Source of the DNA: Phoronis australis
Lineage: Eukaryota > Animalia > Phoronida
Assembly (NCBI GenBank): GCA_002633005.1
Contig: NMRA01000593.1
Coordinates: 194,880-258,879, forward strand
Length of the DNA: 64,000 nucleotides
Direction: 5' to 3'
Shown here: positions 11,557 to 25,612 of the stretch, in pieces
Position numbering within the stretch: the stretch's first letter is position 1
How the letters are laid out: every line of letters starts with the position of its first letter
Program-made: the position numbers and the translations under genes
The notes under the pieces: model-generated
Database searches by the model: none
Told to the model about the DNA's origin: nothing
What the model saw: the letters and a program-made list of their open reading frames with translations, nothing else

Positions 11557-12091
11557 TACACTTGTACTACTCAGTACTACTGAGTATTGGGCCAGCTAGA
11601 CTCCATCATTCATGATTCATGATTCATTGCCAACTGACAACTAACATACGGTGCTTCATGCTATCCTGCTAAATCCGCCCATAGGCCTAACACAGTGACC
11701 GCTATAGCGTGAACAATTTTACCAACACAAACCAAGGCGATAACTCACAATTTATGCACCACTGACGGTAAAAGCCCACTGACGACTCGGCTCCGCTGGA
11801 ATTTCCCAAACTTCGATATCAACAAGATTGAGCGGATATAGTCTCATAACCAAATGTTAGGTTTTTCCAATAGTCTAGAATCGAAATATAATTGACTTTG
11901 AAAGGTGGAATTACTCCGCGACTGGGAAAATGTTAACCGTCTAATAATTTATACTAATCCAAAAATAAATCTTTATTAATTTGAAAACAAAATCCCTTTG
12001 TTTGAATCTGGAAAGTTCCTGAGATAAATTTTAAAATATTCATTTTATCCATGAAAATAGTCTTTTTACAACGAACTATATTCTGTTCCCT

Positions 12092-12105
12092 GGCTCCATG
12101 GAGAC
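12092..12105. promoter_or_regulatory. Candidate RFX X-box upstream of CFAP58
   Basis: GGCTCCATGGAGAC (reverse complement GTCTCCATGGAGCC) resembles the GTYNCCATGGNRAC X-box and lies about 110 bp before the ATG of a ciliary gene. Confidence 0.45.
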
Positions 12106-12213
12106 GTGAAAATAACTGGACGAACAGACAATATTCTTGTTGGGTGCTGATGGTTCAATTTGCAACTTGATTGACATTTTTACGATTTGAAGTGATCAAG
12201 AGGATATATCATA

Positions 12214-15200
12214 ATGACAGAGGTATGAATACTTACGGTCAGACTTAAGTTTAGTGGACCTGAGTTCTACGTCCAGGTGCTTATTAGAGTGAGGCAAAGA
12301 CAACCACCACTCATGGTTCAGGGGCAGGGCAGGGTTGACAGTATTCAGTAACCACCGTCTCTAGCTGCCAGTAAAGACGGTGAATCTCCTATTGTAATGT
12401 CGTCTTGTTACTGTTAGGCTTCTTGATGATACGTTGTAGCAAATGAGTGCTGTCAAAAGAAAATAATTATACTACATACGAGTCATCTTTGTAGTGTTGC
12501 ACATTGAACCTCCATGGCATCAGAGGGCTACCTCACAATCGGTTTGTTGAGGTGGCTATTGCGTGACTTTAATGAGGTGAATCCGCCGAAGTGCTCCATA
12601 GCTAATTGCACACAACAATATAAGATATCGGTTGTAGTTGCATAGGTGGGTGACCGGCAGTGGGTCCATGATTTAAAATTGAATTGAGAACCTGAGTTAC
12701 TTCACTGAGTAATGGGCATTATTCCGTCGTAGTTATCGTTATCAAATCAGGAACACATCATGTATCCGACTATAAACCTAAGATACCCAATATGCAAGTG
12801 TTGCTGGTAAACAACACAACAACTATAGCCTCTTGTCTGTTCACTAGCAGCATTCGTCTCCTCCAAAAATAGTAGCGACCAATCTTATATTGTGCACTGT
12901 TCATTCGTCTCATTCTGACACGATGCATGCCCTTCACTTCTTGTAGTTATAACTAAATCAAGGAAATAGTCTGATATAACATGCCTGTATTTTGAGAGCC
13001 AGTTTGATGCTTGTTTTTCAGTGGAGAAAACTGGTTCTCAAAAATCGGGCACGTTATTTTAATTGTATCCGATCATTACGCTAAAGCAATCCTCTGTCGA
13101 ATATCTTGCTTTATACTTATGGGTTTAATCAAGAGTCCCAAAATTTACCTTTTGCAGTGCAGGTGGAGTTTTAATTAAATTTGCCATAATATTGTCAGAA
13201 ACTTTTGTTTGGACTGCATGAATTGAAGCTTGACTGAATTGTTTTAAAAATTGTAATAAAGTACCCAGATTTAACTTCTCCAGACAATGAATGACCATTT
13301 GCTTACCTGTAATAATTGAAAGTAATTGGCTTTGCTATTGTTAAGTGTGTTTTATTTGAACTAAACTTGGACTGTGGCATAATTTTAGGAAAAGAAAGAA
13401 ACAAAAGTGGACCCAACCAAAGATGCACTGTCGATCAATGACAGTGCATTCGAATCTCTGGAGAAGGACTTCCAAGATGCTTTGGCTGAACTCAAAGGTG
13501 ACAGAAGTTTGGAGAAGTTCCGTGTGGAGTACGAAAAGCTTCACCGTGCCTTGAAGAAGTCCCACGACAGTGAGAAGAGACTGATGCAGAAATGTCGCGA
13601 GCTCAATGCAGAAATTGTTGCCAACTCTGCAAAAGTCGCCACGGCGCTGAAATTATCACAGGAAGACCAAGCTACTATCGCCTCTCTCAAGAAGGAGATA
13701 GAAAAGGCATGGAAGATGGTGGATGCTGCCCACGAGAAGGAGACACGGGCAAGAGAGACAATCCAGTCTCTGAAGCTTGAGATCTCTAATCTAACAAAAC
13801 TGGTGGAACAGGGAGCTGGCTTAACCATGGGCCAGGAGCACAGGTAGGGCATTGGATTGCAAAAGTATGTTTATAAAATAAATTTGTTTTGTTCAGTTTG
13901 TTTAGGTGCACTCTGACATAGAAGCAATTTGTGTTTAATGGTACAGTATGTGGACGGTGTTTTTAACTAACATTGAACTGAAGTTAGAATTAACAGGGCT
14001 CGACGCTATTAAAATCGCCAGGTCGCATTTTGCGACCTAGCCAAAATCCCAAGTCGCATTTTCAAAATCCANTGAAGTTAGAATTAATGGATCTGTACAC
14101 GTGCTGCCGTTCTTACTTTGTTACGATTTCAATGAAATTCAGGTCGTCATTAAGATTGTTTTTTCAATCAATTTTGTTTATTGGTGCCAATGACTGTTTG
14201 TTCCCCCCTAGTGTTAACGAGCTGTTGAAACAGAAGGAAGACCTAACCAAGGAGCGTGATGACGCGCTAGGTGAGGTTGTCAAACTACGTGAACAAATGA
14301 CTAATGCCCAAGACCAGCAAGGCAAATTGGAGCAAGACAGAGCAGATGCTGAAATGAAGATATCTGAGGTAGATCGCCATCTGGTGGCTTCAGATGTTAA
14401 CCAGTAATACAAGTAACTATAGCAGCTCTAGTCACCGTTTTGTGAGAGCTGAGGAAAATCTTGGCACCATAAGATAGTAGAAAATCGTGCACATTTTAAC
14501 AATTGGCTTTTCTTGATAGACAGAAACACTGATGCATGTGCATCCCAGTCTCCCAGAACAGTAGTTCGTAGGATATCTAACAATCTTGCTACATGGCTAT
14601 TTGCATTTTTTCGGTTTCTGCCAATCAGTAGATCTGGTGGCTTGGTATATCCACTGCTGATACGAGGTTTCCCCATGCCTGTAAAAAAATAATCAATGTC
14701 AACTGCTGGGCTCCCCAACTCCTGTCGGCCTAAAATCTGTGTGTTTAGTTTCTTGTTTATGATACAGAATTTGTGCTGAGAACTACATACACTCAATGTC
14801 TCAGTGTACTGGCTGGTCCAAGAAGTCATCTGAGGGCTTACACATTCAAGCCTCATTCAGAGCGACAGGAACGTTGCTAAACATTTATTGAGGCACAGGT
14901 GTGACTTACCCATTATGTGGTGGTCAGACTAGCTCTTACTTTGTGCAGGAGAAGAAAATTACATTTTATACGTTCTTTCTGTTATAAGTGAGATAAAAAT
15001 TCGTGCTACATCCTCATTTTCAATCTTTCTTGCAAGTATATAATTTAGATTGGTTCAATTTATGCTATTTTAGTTCATTTCTTGTGTTATAATTTCGTAA
15101 CCAAATATGTGTTAATGCCACTGGCTGAAGGTAGTGTTGCTGCTTTGCTACTCCATTTTGAACTGTAAGAACGTCCATAGTAGCTTGGCACTGTGGTGAA

Positions 15201-18200
15201 TTGTTCGCTAATGCTGTCCAATCACATTCCAGCTGAAACAAGATATCCAGATGAGGAACAACGAGGCTCAGCGGGAGACGCGTAAAAAGGAAAAGATGGA
15301 GCGTGAGCTCAAGCAAGCGCGCGCCGATCTTGACGCGCGCTCCTCTGACATTAAGTCAATGACGACCCAGATCGAGCGCTACAAACAAGATGTTGCCAAA
15401 CTAGAATCACAGCTCAAAGAACAAAGGGTGGGTTGGCACCAGTGCACTATATGCGTGTTAGATTTTTAGTGTTGGAGCACTGTGAATATGTTGCCTAACC
15501 AATGAAAAATTTATCATGATTTGTACCCTGTGAAAAATAGTGAATTGGTAAAATTCATACTATTCATAAATAGGTGTCATGATTTGATACACATGATTGA
15601 CTTCGCTGGTTCAGCCGAGTCAACCAGGTGAGATACCTGATTGGTTCTTGATGAGGACTTTTGGCTTACAGACCAATGACTTCTCTGCTTGACCACAGGC
15701 AAAGCTGGCAAAGTCAATCAAGCACAGCTAGTGTGCCAGTTATCTAGTGTAGGTGAACTATTGTATCAACAGGTCACATGGAAATGAAAGTCCCACCAAA
15801 ATATTGCAAAGCAGTGGTGCCATCTTTCATAGTTGTACCTTCTGTTTTATATCAACCGCTATGATGGCTGAAAATTAATGTATTAGTTTTAGTCAGAATT
15901 TTTTTTAAAAAATAAGCTTTAGCTTTTGTTGCAGAAGATCAATGTCTGCATTGCTTATTTGAAAGGTTGTTCCTACAATATGGCCGCTATGGTCAGGTTG
16001 ATATCTAAAGACTCTTATGAATTCTATGTGTTCCCCCATTGTTCAGGTGATGAATGAGCGAATCACCAAGGACTCGGATATCTTAAATCAGCGTTTCCAG
16101 AAGCTACAGGGAGACTTTGAAGCTCAAATCGTCGCCACAGACAGTCTGCACGGAGAGAACCAGGCCAAAGTGTCGGAACTAAAGGTATGACGCTACTATG
16201 TTTACATTACAGGCAACTTGAGTGGAAACAAATTAATAATTATTTGTTTATTGATGTTAATTCTTCAGCCAATCTGAGACAAAAAAAAAATTTAAAGCAT
16301 TTGAAGGGTTGTCTCGTGGTGAAGCGCTTTGGGGGCTCAAACATTACCACACTCGTGGATTGTTGCACCATTTTCGAATTTGCAATTTAGGGCTGGCAAC
16401 CCCCAATAAACTCTGAAGTATTTTCTTAAGTCGCTGATGGTTTTAATCTTCTTGTTGGTAATGGAAATAGAATTCTATCGTGGTTAGAACTAGTGTGAGA
16501 CGAATTTTGTGACAGTAAAATGGCTAATTTGATTTTTTTAGCAAACTAACCTGGGCAAAGTGCACCTTTAAATTGAATGAAAATATTTGCTTCATTTCAT
16601 TGATGCCATCTTCTAATTAATTCTTGTGATAGTGCCATCTATTGTATAAAACTTACACTGTCCACATGTTGCATTGTCAATTACCCACTTACCTATTTGG
16701 TGTATTCTTCTGTAGCAAAAAGAAGATGAGGTGGGCGCGCTCAAATCGGAGGCACAGCGCATGTCTAAGATGAGAGAGACTGTCCAGCGCAAGCTGCGCA
16801 CTGTAGAGGATCAGAAGGCAGACGTAGAACAACAGAGGGAGACACTGAAGAGCCAGATTACTGGCTTAGAGCGAGGTACAGCATTTAATATTTAATAGTT
16901 AGGCAAATGAACACATTCTCAATCAAACCCCTTAAGCCAGTCTTGGCAAGCAAAAACAGAAAATGTTTCAAGATTTTTGGCATGTGCGCTTTGATCTGTA
17001 TCAATGACGTTTGACAAAAAGATGGTAGGCTTACTTGAACATCATTGCAGAATATTTAAGAAACAGACAGTAATCTGGAATTTCAGTATTTAATTTATAA
17101 AATAATGTTTTTGAAACTGTTCTAATTCAGCACACATGGATGTGTGAAATAAACTGTCAGTTGTCACCATATCAAATTCTCCAATAAGTTTGGCTTGTGT
17201 TTTGATATCTTTTTTGCATTTGAGCCTCAGAATGTGTTAATTTTTACTGCAGCATCTGTTAATTTTTTATCGTGTACCTTAATTAGCAAAAATGTAATGC
17301 GGTTTTAATTGGTTGACAGAGCTTGATGCTGCCAAGAAGCAAGCCGAAGCTGACAGAAAGGCCATTGATGATCTTGTGAGAGAGAGGGACATTCTTAATA
17401 AGGTAATGTAGTACACAGTCACAGAGGAAACGTGTGCGTTTATCATACGTGTTGTCACAATATGAACTGATCCAGCTTCTGGCTCCCGCTTTAAACAAGA
17501 GTACTTTGTCTAGTTTTGACTGATTTAGCAAATGTTGCCACAGTGGTAGATGGCGCTCCTCACCCATTGTTCAGCTGCATTTGTCACTCCACAGAGTTTT
17601 TTCTTTGTTCCCTCCTTGTTAAGTCAAATGCTACCTCTGACATACCGTTGCATCTTGTCATGTACAGCCTTTAAAAAATAATTGCAAGTGGGCTGGTACG
17701 CGTTGTACCAGATGTGCGCAATCCGCTCAGTGAACCTACTCCACTGTTTACCTGTTGGAGCCTTTAGATAACGTGCCAATTATACTGTCAAAACAACCAA
17801 ACTGAAGACTAAAACAAAAGCTTTCATTGTCTCAATAAACAATTTTCTGATCATGTCCTGTCTTGCCATTGAGTTAATTCCACCTGTCACTCATCGCGTA
17901 TATCTCTCGTTTTGTAGAACATGCTGAAGGCGGCAGGTGCCACCCAGAAGCAGCTGAATTTGGTGAAACTGCACGAGCAGTCCAAGAAGAACCTGGAGCA
18001 GGAGATTCAGAATTACAAAGAGGAGGCGCAGAAACAGAGGAAGATCATCTACCAGCTGGAGAAGGAGCGGGATCGCTACATCAACGAGGCTAGCGACCTC
18101 ACCCAGAAGGTGAGTTGAGGGGCAAGAGGAAGGAGAGAAAAGAAAATGGGGTAAAACTTGCATAGCTCGGATCGAACGGGTCCAAGTTCGGCAACGATTC

Positions 18201-21200
18201 GACTTATGTGTGTCGTACTTAGACACGTTTTGCTATTGATCTATGGTAGATTTGTTGTAATTGTTGTTGTTATTGTGTGAGCTGTAGATTGCTACGTTTT
18301 TGGCTCCTACCTGTATATTACCAATATGTCAGAAGTTTTCGAAATTCAGAAATTTCTGACAGAAGTTGAGTCATTTGTTGGCGTTTTTGTGATTTTGTGC
18401 TTGTTATCGCTATAATTACTAAATCGTCTTCATCCTCAGGTTCTGCAACACATGGAAGATGTGAAAGTTAGAGAGATGCAGATCTTTGACTACAAGAAGA
18501 AGATCGCCGAGGCAGAGACCAAGCTGAAACAACAGCAGAACCTGTATGAGGCCGTCAGGAGTGACCGGAACCTGTACAGCAAGAACCTGATTGAATCACA
18601 GGTGAGACCATGAGGGCCCTCTGTCTGTGGGGTCTGTAGGTGTGGGTCAGCTCTTGGAGAGACGTTTATGATAATCAATTGAGATTTTAGGAGTTTCTGG
18701 TGTGAACAAGTTTTACTTTAATTGAATCTGGCTAAGAGAAGGTCAGTTTCGTAATTAGAGTAATATGAGGTGAGACTGCTCATAAGAATGCATTATTGGT
18801 AATGTGCTGAAATTAAGAAACTTTGCTAACTTGTGCAAATACATCAACATAAAAATCATACTTTCTTTTTGGGACAGATATGTGTTGAAAAAACGAACCA
18901 AAATTGGTGTCCGCAATTATGATTTTTGTGTCACTGTTTACAATATGCAATTTTTGTCTCGGTGATAGGATGAGATTACGGAGATGAAGCGCAAGCTGAA
19001 GATCATGAACCACCAGATTGATCAGCTGAAGGAGGAGATCTCCTCAAAGGAGGCAGCACTTGTCAAGGAGCAGCTGGAGCGCCAACGTGTGGACAAGGAG
19101 AAAGAAAGCCTGAAGATGGAGTTGCAGAGGATGAAACAACAGGTCAGTGGAACAAGCGAGCTGGGATGTCATAGGTTGAAGTTTCGATATTATTAAAGAT
19201 CCGATACTGAGTTTAGCATATTGAAGGATTTTTTATCTAAAACAAAATCTTTCAAAAGTTTGCAGCGTGTTTTGTTAGCTTCTTCCTGAGAGTTTGTTCA
19301 ATGGAAAAGCGTCATCTGTTTGTTGCCAATCAGTACCTGTGTGTGTATATAACTCCATAGCATACACAATCAACTAAATGGATAGTGTTAAAGGCTTTTC
19401 CTTGTAAAATACCTTGATTGTTCACAGGCGTCAGAGAGCAAGGCATACATTGAGGCTCAAGAAGCTGAAGAACGTAAACTGCTAAAGATCATTGCTGAAG
19501 CCGACGCTGAGCGTGTACGTCAGAAGAAGGAGCTCGATCAGGTGATCAGCGAGCGCGACATCTTGGGCACGCAGCTGGTGCGCCGCAATGACGAGTTAGC
19601 TCTCCTGTACGAGAAGATCAAAATACAGCAATCGACACTGAACAAAGGCGAGATACAGTACAACCAACGTCTGGAGGATATCCGTGTGTTGAAGCTGGAG
19701 ATTAAGAAACTGCGACGGGAGAAGTCGATACTGCAGAAGAGCGTGGCTAATGTAGACGATCTGAGGTGAGGGGAAATGTAGTGTATTTCCATTAGCTTTT
19801 ACTTAATAGGTATTATTTGAGATAAATGTGGTTACAGACAAGCTTAGGATGAGGAAGAATGATGTTTTAGTGGTAATAGCTGACTTTCAAAATAGCCGCA
19901 CCATATTGAAATTCACTAACCCGCCAGACGGCAATCAGGTCTTGGGTGGACAGGCATTCAGCGCCACCTTCAGAGCCCATGTAGTGCGGATGGGAGGTTC
20001 AAACGTACCGATGCCTTTCAACACTCAGGGCTTGGAATTTTCCGCGGAAACGCGGATTTCCGCTTTTTTGAAATGTGCTTTCCGCTTTTTTATAATATTT
20101 CCGCGTAAAAAATCGGATTTGATATGAAATTTCCGCGGCAAATTCCTTTCTTACCGCGGCGTTGCAGACGACGTTCACCTCGGAAAGCGGAAGTTGCTCT
20201 TTATGTTTCGGAGGAACGTAAATTGTCAACATTGCCGGGGCATCTGGGTAAAGCGTGGTGTGATTTTCAGTGGCGGCTCGTGTTATTGTTAAGCGCGGCG
20301 ACAAATACTACCGCTCTGCAGCCAAAATTGTGTGGGTTGGGAGTGGACGGGCGAGCTAAAAGGACACAGACGCATGCTACTGATGGTGGTAACATTTTTT
20401 TTTTTTTAGTCCTCCCAATTTTTGTCGCGGAAAGGTTCACATTGACCATTTCAAAGGCTGGTTATCGGCCATGATTTGGGCCGTAAAAGTTTCCGCGTTT
20501 TTTGTCATTGGTCATTCCAAGCCCTGAACACTGAACCTGCTATTACAATCCTGGAAATTTCCAGTGCTGTGTGGTGAGATGCCTTACGAAAAAGCCAAAT
20601 CTTTTGAAATATAAATTGATGAGCAAGGGTGTCCTGTTCCATACATTTCTAACTTTAAAGATGTATCAGGCTGCGACAAAGCCAGTGGTTGCTGCTGATA
20701 AAGCGAGAGAATTTTGGTCCCAGCTGGTGTCAAAAGGCTAAAATAAATTAGCCAACTTTAACTAATCAAACAATAGGAGGCGCTGACAGTGGAATTATGT
20801 CCTCTCCTTTTATATTGATGAACCATTGTGTAGTTGTTGAATTTCTGTCCACTAAATCTGAGTTGGAATCAATCCAAAGTCACTTTCTTGCTCTCATTAC
20901 TCTAGAGAGCACCAATATAAAAGTCCCCTATTAGTGGCTTCATTGTCAAGGTGTCATTACTTGTTTTCTCAAGAGAGTCATTTAGCTTTTCCATGTTAAG
21001 CACAAATCATGTCACTGTTTGACCATCTCATGCAATTTTTGGCTGGTCATATCACTCTTTAGGTAGCTGTGTTAACCACCCTTAAGTGCTGTGACCAGTG
21101 AAGTGTATAATGTATTGTGTGTTTACAGACGTGAAGTGTACCACATCCAGCGTGAACTGCTACGGGAGCGTACTCGTTGCAAGGCACTTGAGGAAGAATT

Positions 21201-23176
21201 GGAGAATCCCATGAATATTCACAGATGGAGGAAACTAGAGGTAATTTTTCAACTGACTGTAATGACTGGAAACATTGACATATGCTACATACAGTGAGAC
21301 TGAAACAAGCACCATTCATGGCTATTTGAATGTTTTTTTATCAAATGGTAGTATTTCTAAATCCATATGCTTTAATTCTATTAATCCTGTAATTGAGAAA
21401 TAAAATGCCTGAGAGCTCTCATGGTTAGTTTTGAATCAGGCACATGAATCTGATAAAAGTTGTTGTCACTTTAGAAATCACGATGATTTACTCTTCGGTC
21501 AGTGATTGGTTCAGCCAAGACTAAATCTAAAAGCTTCTCTGCGGTCAGTCGAGGTTACTTTTGATTCTCTAGTGTGTTCATTCATCGGGAACTTACTGTT
21601 TGTCCTTGTATTCCAGGGCAGTGACCCAAGCACCTATGAAATGATTCAGAAGATACAGACGCTGCAGAAGAGACTGATCGCCAAAACCGAGGAAGTTGTC
21701 GAGAAAGAGCTGCTCATTCAGGAGAAAGAGAAGCTGTACGTGGAACTGAAGCACATCTTGGCAAGGCAGCCAGGCCCAGAGGTGGCAGAACAGCTGCAGA
21801 TCTATCAGCAGACGCTCAAGGAGAAAACGAAACAAATGAAGGTAGGTGGATGAGTCAGGTTGCAATGTTTGTCAGAAGCAAGGAGATGATAGTTGTATAA
21901 TATGTGAACTATAGACCCACAGTAGGTAAATATGTCTGTTTGTTGACTGGAATAAAAAACATGTTAGTTTTGTCAAATTGATTGGTTTACTGTAGTTATT
22001 ATGCATTTTAATTTTCAGTTTAGATGTTTGAATCAAGATTGCTGTTGAAGATCAGGAACAAAAGCTTGGTTCAATAATTTGATCTGAGTGTCTGTATAGG
22101 TCACGGTCACTTTTTTGCTTAACTGGTCCTGAACCTCCAATTGAGCTCTTACCATATTTCTTTTGTCTGTCAAAAACCAGTTACCAATTGAACAACTTGT
22201 ATTTAGACTGTCTTGAATTAGTATCGGTGTTTGTTTCGTGACATTTTTACGAGGAGCTAAGACCGAAGACAAAAGTTTCATAAAATGGTCCCTTGTGGTT
22301 TCTTGGAAGGTTCATATTTAATAGCGTGCTTTAATTTGCGCAGGGCATGGCGTCGGAGTTGAACATGTACGAGTCACAGGTGCAGGAGTACAAGTATGAG
22401 ATCGAACGACTGGCGCGTGAACTGCAGGAGGTAAAGAAGAAGTACTACATGCAGCGGAGGAAGGAGCAACAGCAGAAGTGAGTAAACAGGCTCCATCGGA
22501 TTGTATTATGCAGCGTCAATGTAATTTAAAAGTTGGTTGTCAGATATTGGAGATACGGCCTTCCTCAATCCTGGAGGAATTTCACAAAGTATAGTCATCT
22601 GGGGAAAAGTGTTGTCACACTTAAGTCAGAAATTTGGTGTTACACTCCCTCTGTGCTATTTGTAAAGTAAAGATTTTTGAATGTAATTGTTTACAGTTAA
22701 GTAATAATTTATACAAAATTTTGTAAATAACTAGCAAAATTTGAGAATATTCTCAAAGACTATGTACTTTGCTGCATCGAGATTAATTTATTTTTTAGAA
22801 GTGGTGATGTGGACCGTTTAACCTGAATTTCTGAGTTAAGCCCCAAGACGTTCATTTTGGAATAAACTAATGAAAATACTATGTATGTAATAGGTGTTAT
22901 TTTGGGTCCAGTCATTGTGAGAAAGATTTTGTTTCAATAATCAGCCAAATATCAGGACAATCTTTGTGTGAAAGTTGTTGTCTAACTAATGCTTCTTCTT
23001 TAAGTTTTCCTCTATGTGGTAAGTACATATTATGTAATGACTTAAATTTTCTTTTCAGGGAACGTGAACGAGCTATCGCTCAAGCAGGTCAGGCAGCCAT
23101 ACAACCTCAAAGGACAGATGCTGCCAGATTCACCGGAGGGGGATTTAACTTGAAGGCAACTAAAGGGGTGTCTTAA
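12214..23176 (+). CDS. CFAP58: Cilia- and flagella-associated protein 58 (CCDC147), complete, 15 coding exons, ~883 aa coiled coil
   Basis: Exons 12214-12222, 13389-13843, 14212-14368, 15233-15427, 16047-16184, 16716-16875, 17320-17402, 17918-18109, 18440-18601, 18969-19142, 19428-19765, 21129-21240, 21617-21841, 22344-22477, 23059-23176. Total 2652 nt, all GT-AG and in phase. Recognisable motifs: SAFESLEKDFQ, SLEKFRVEYEKLH, ERDILGTQLVRRNDELALLYEKIKIQQ, ENPMNIHRWRKLEGSDPS, RFTGGGFNL. The 9-nt first exon (ATG ACA GAG|GTATGA) is the least certain. Confidence 0.95.
13994..14072. mobile_element. Truncated CAGGG-terminated MITE end at an assembly N
   Basis: CAGGGCTCGAC... starts right after TGAAGTTAGAATTAA (13979-13993), and the same 15-mer recurs after the N at 14072. 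Confidence 0.4.
20026..20526 (+). mobile_element. MITE, TIR CAGGGCTTGGAAT, 6-bp TSD AACACT (hAT-like termini)
   Basis: Perfect 13-bp TIRs; AACACT at 20020-20025 and 20527-20532; a highly similar inverted copy lies at 58943-59436; in CFAP58 intron 11. Confidence 0.9.
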
Positions 23177-24628
23177 TCTCTGGAACAATTAACCACACAT
23201 GAACTCTTGCTGATTATGTTTTATCAATATTTATTACTGACATCTTTTGGCTGTGAACAGCACTACTCTCTGCTGTGTGAGATATCACTGTCTTCATCTA
23301 TTGATGTTCAAAGTGCAAAACAATCAATTGGTTTTAATTAATATTCTATCAATCAAAAATTATTGTGTTAAAGGTCAGTTGTGAGCATTATGTAATGCAA
23401 GATATGTATAATAAAGTTCGTTGTTTCTATGAAGTTTTGATACAGCATTGTTTCGTTGCAAGGCATTCACTCTTTTTGAGACGCACAGTCTATTATATGC
23501 AGAATGCATTTACGGGCTTCCATGCTTTTTAGTGCGTTAGCACATCATGATTCAGACCTCTCAAAGTTTAACTTTTTCCCAATTTTTCCTATTGTTTTGG
23601 AGGTATTCCTGTTTTTTCCTACTTTTTACGTTTTTCTACTTTTTTGTAGAGATTTGTCGATGAGTAAATTTCTTGAAACAACGATTGAAGTATCAATTTA
23701 TCAGAACTATTTGACAACTGTGCTAACTGTATCAGTTAGAGTTTTCAAGCTGTTGCATTGAACAATGGGTCCTCTTTGACACTGGTATTTCGAGAAAGGT
23801 TGCTTGAAACAAGGGTGTTAAAACTGATCACATGTTCACCCTTCACTCATTAACATAAAGCGGATAGAGATTGCCTGGAATATTGGATATTATTTGGTTT
23901 ATAAAAGTGCATTTTCCATTTTATGAATACCTTCAATTGAATTTTCATTCATTCAGTTTTTTGTACATTTGCGTTGCAATTTCATGGTTCATTTTAGTAA
24001 AACGTGACTTGATCCACAGGGCCTCAAATCTATGATTCAATTTTGAAGATCTATGGGTCATCAATTTCTGCCTGCCATTCATACATTTGCGAGGTTTTAT
24101 TGCATTATTTGCATGCTTTTCCTTTGTGTTTTGCTTATGTTTACCCCCCTCTAGTAATGTATAAAGCCAGGCATTCACTTCATTTCCTGTTTAGAAACCT
24201 AACCACTGGTATTATGTTTTGTTTCTATGCCTTCCTTGTATAGACTATGCACTGCTAGACTAGTCTCAAGGCCATGGTCAAGTTTTAAGTTACAAATGAA
24301 ATATATTAAATATAAATCACAAGGCACTAAGTTATTTTGAAATACTTTTGTGTACATTTGAATATACATATATTAACGTTCAAACTTAGGCGGGTATTCC
24401 CATTACCCTAGGTGACGATGGGGTACACAGCCACAGGGGCATGTTATTTTAAAAATTAGCCCAAGTAAGGCATTCTTATTGATGATTAACTTAAAGAAAA
24501 CGCCATGCCGTTTATTGATTAACACCCACTGCATGGGTAAATTTTGTGTACTAGCCGTCAGTTTCAAAATATCTTACATTCGGCAACACTCAGAGAAAAA
24601 TTGTTTTAGAACTATCACTTAGTTTTCT

Positions 24629-24700
24629 GTCCAGCCAGGAATCAAATACACGTCCCCGTCTGTCACAGTTTGCTACCTTCACCACCAGGCCAACGACTGG
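24629..24700 (-). repeat. tRNA-derived SINE head remnant
   Basis: Minus strand TTGGCCTGGTGG (A-box-like) ... TATTTGATTCC (degenerate B-box) with complementary CCAG/CTGG ends. Confidence 0.4.
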
Positions 24701-25280
24701 TTGATTTTTAATTAGAAAAGCTAATTTACTTGATATGCTAATGAGCAGGTGAAAATCCATTTTGCAGACTTTATGATGACATTGGGTGTTGTGGCTATTT
24801 ATCATGCCATATTGCCTGTTTTATGGGAAATGATTTGTTACTTTGGTACTTGATACAAATAACTGAATGGCCTTTTGTCATTGAATACAATTACACTTTG
24901 TTTAGTGTTGATTATGTTAAAATAGCAAACTATGTTATACATTAGCATAATTAGGAGCATGCAAATACATCTTTGTATAATTATAATGTACGACTTAATT
25001 TTGAGGTGGTTGTTCGTCCACGTGCATCGTCATGACAACGCTAAGAGATGTAGGTACTGATTTTGTTTAATTTGAATGACTTATTCCAGAAAACTACTGT
25101 CAGTTGATATAAAATGAATTACTAGCTAACATAAAGGATAAGATTGTCCAAAAAATAGTGGTCACTTGTTAAATTACGCATTTGACTGAAACATGTTCAA
25201 GATTTTGTAGCCACAATTTTTGCAATATTAATTTAAATGTTTAATGAAAAAAAAAATTAAACCAAGTATTTGAACTGTTA

Positions 25281-25612
25281 CTCACATTTTAGCAACATTG
25301 CGCCTACATCCAGCAGGCTTCAGCTTGTAAGGTGATGTTATGATGGGCCTGACCAACAGGAGGCGTCCTCGACAATGTGTCAAATCAGTACTGAGGTTCT
25401 ATCCCATACATGGGACAACAGAAACCTGAGACCACCATGTCTAGTCAATGATGGTTTCAATTGTCATTGAATAAACATGGCGGCCTCAGGTTTCACCGGT
25501 CCCATATATGGGATAGAACTCTTGCTATGATGCCACCTGTTGGTAAGGTCCAAACATAACAATTGCCAAGCTGAAGCCCATGGGATGAGAGCGCAACATC
25601 GCTAAATGTGAG
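25281..25612. mobile_element. ~330-bp palindromic (foldback) MITE
   Basis: CTCACATTTTAGC...GTTCTATCCCATACATGGGAC...ACCATGT is mirrored by ACATGGC...GTCCCATATATGGGATAGAAC...GCTAAATGTGAG; flanks are TTA and TTAA. Confidence 0.7.

Noticed and set aside
19828-20474. Overlapping 60-116 aa ORFs, echoed at 59189-59479
   Set aside because: They lie in the GC-rich MITE, frames differ between copies and there are no transposase motifs.
13341-21865. Minus-strand ORFs overlapping CFAP58 exons
   Set aside because: Antisense shadows of the E/K/Q-rich coding exons.
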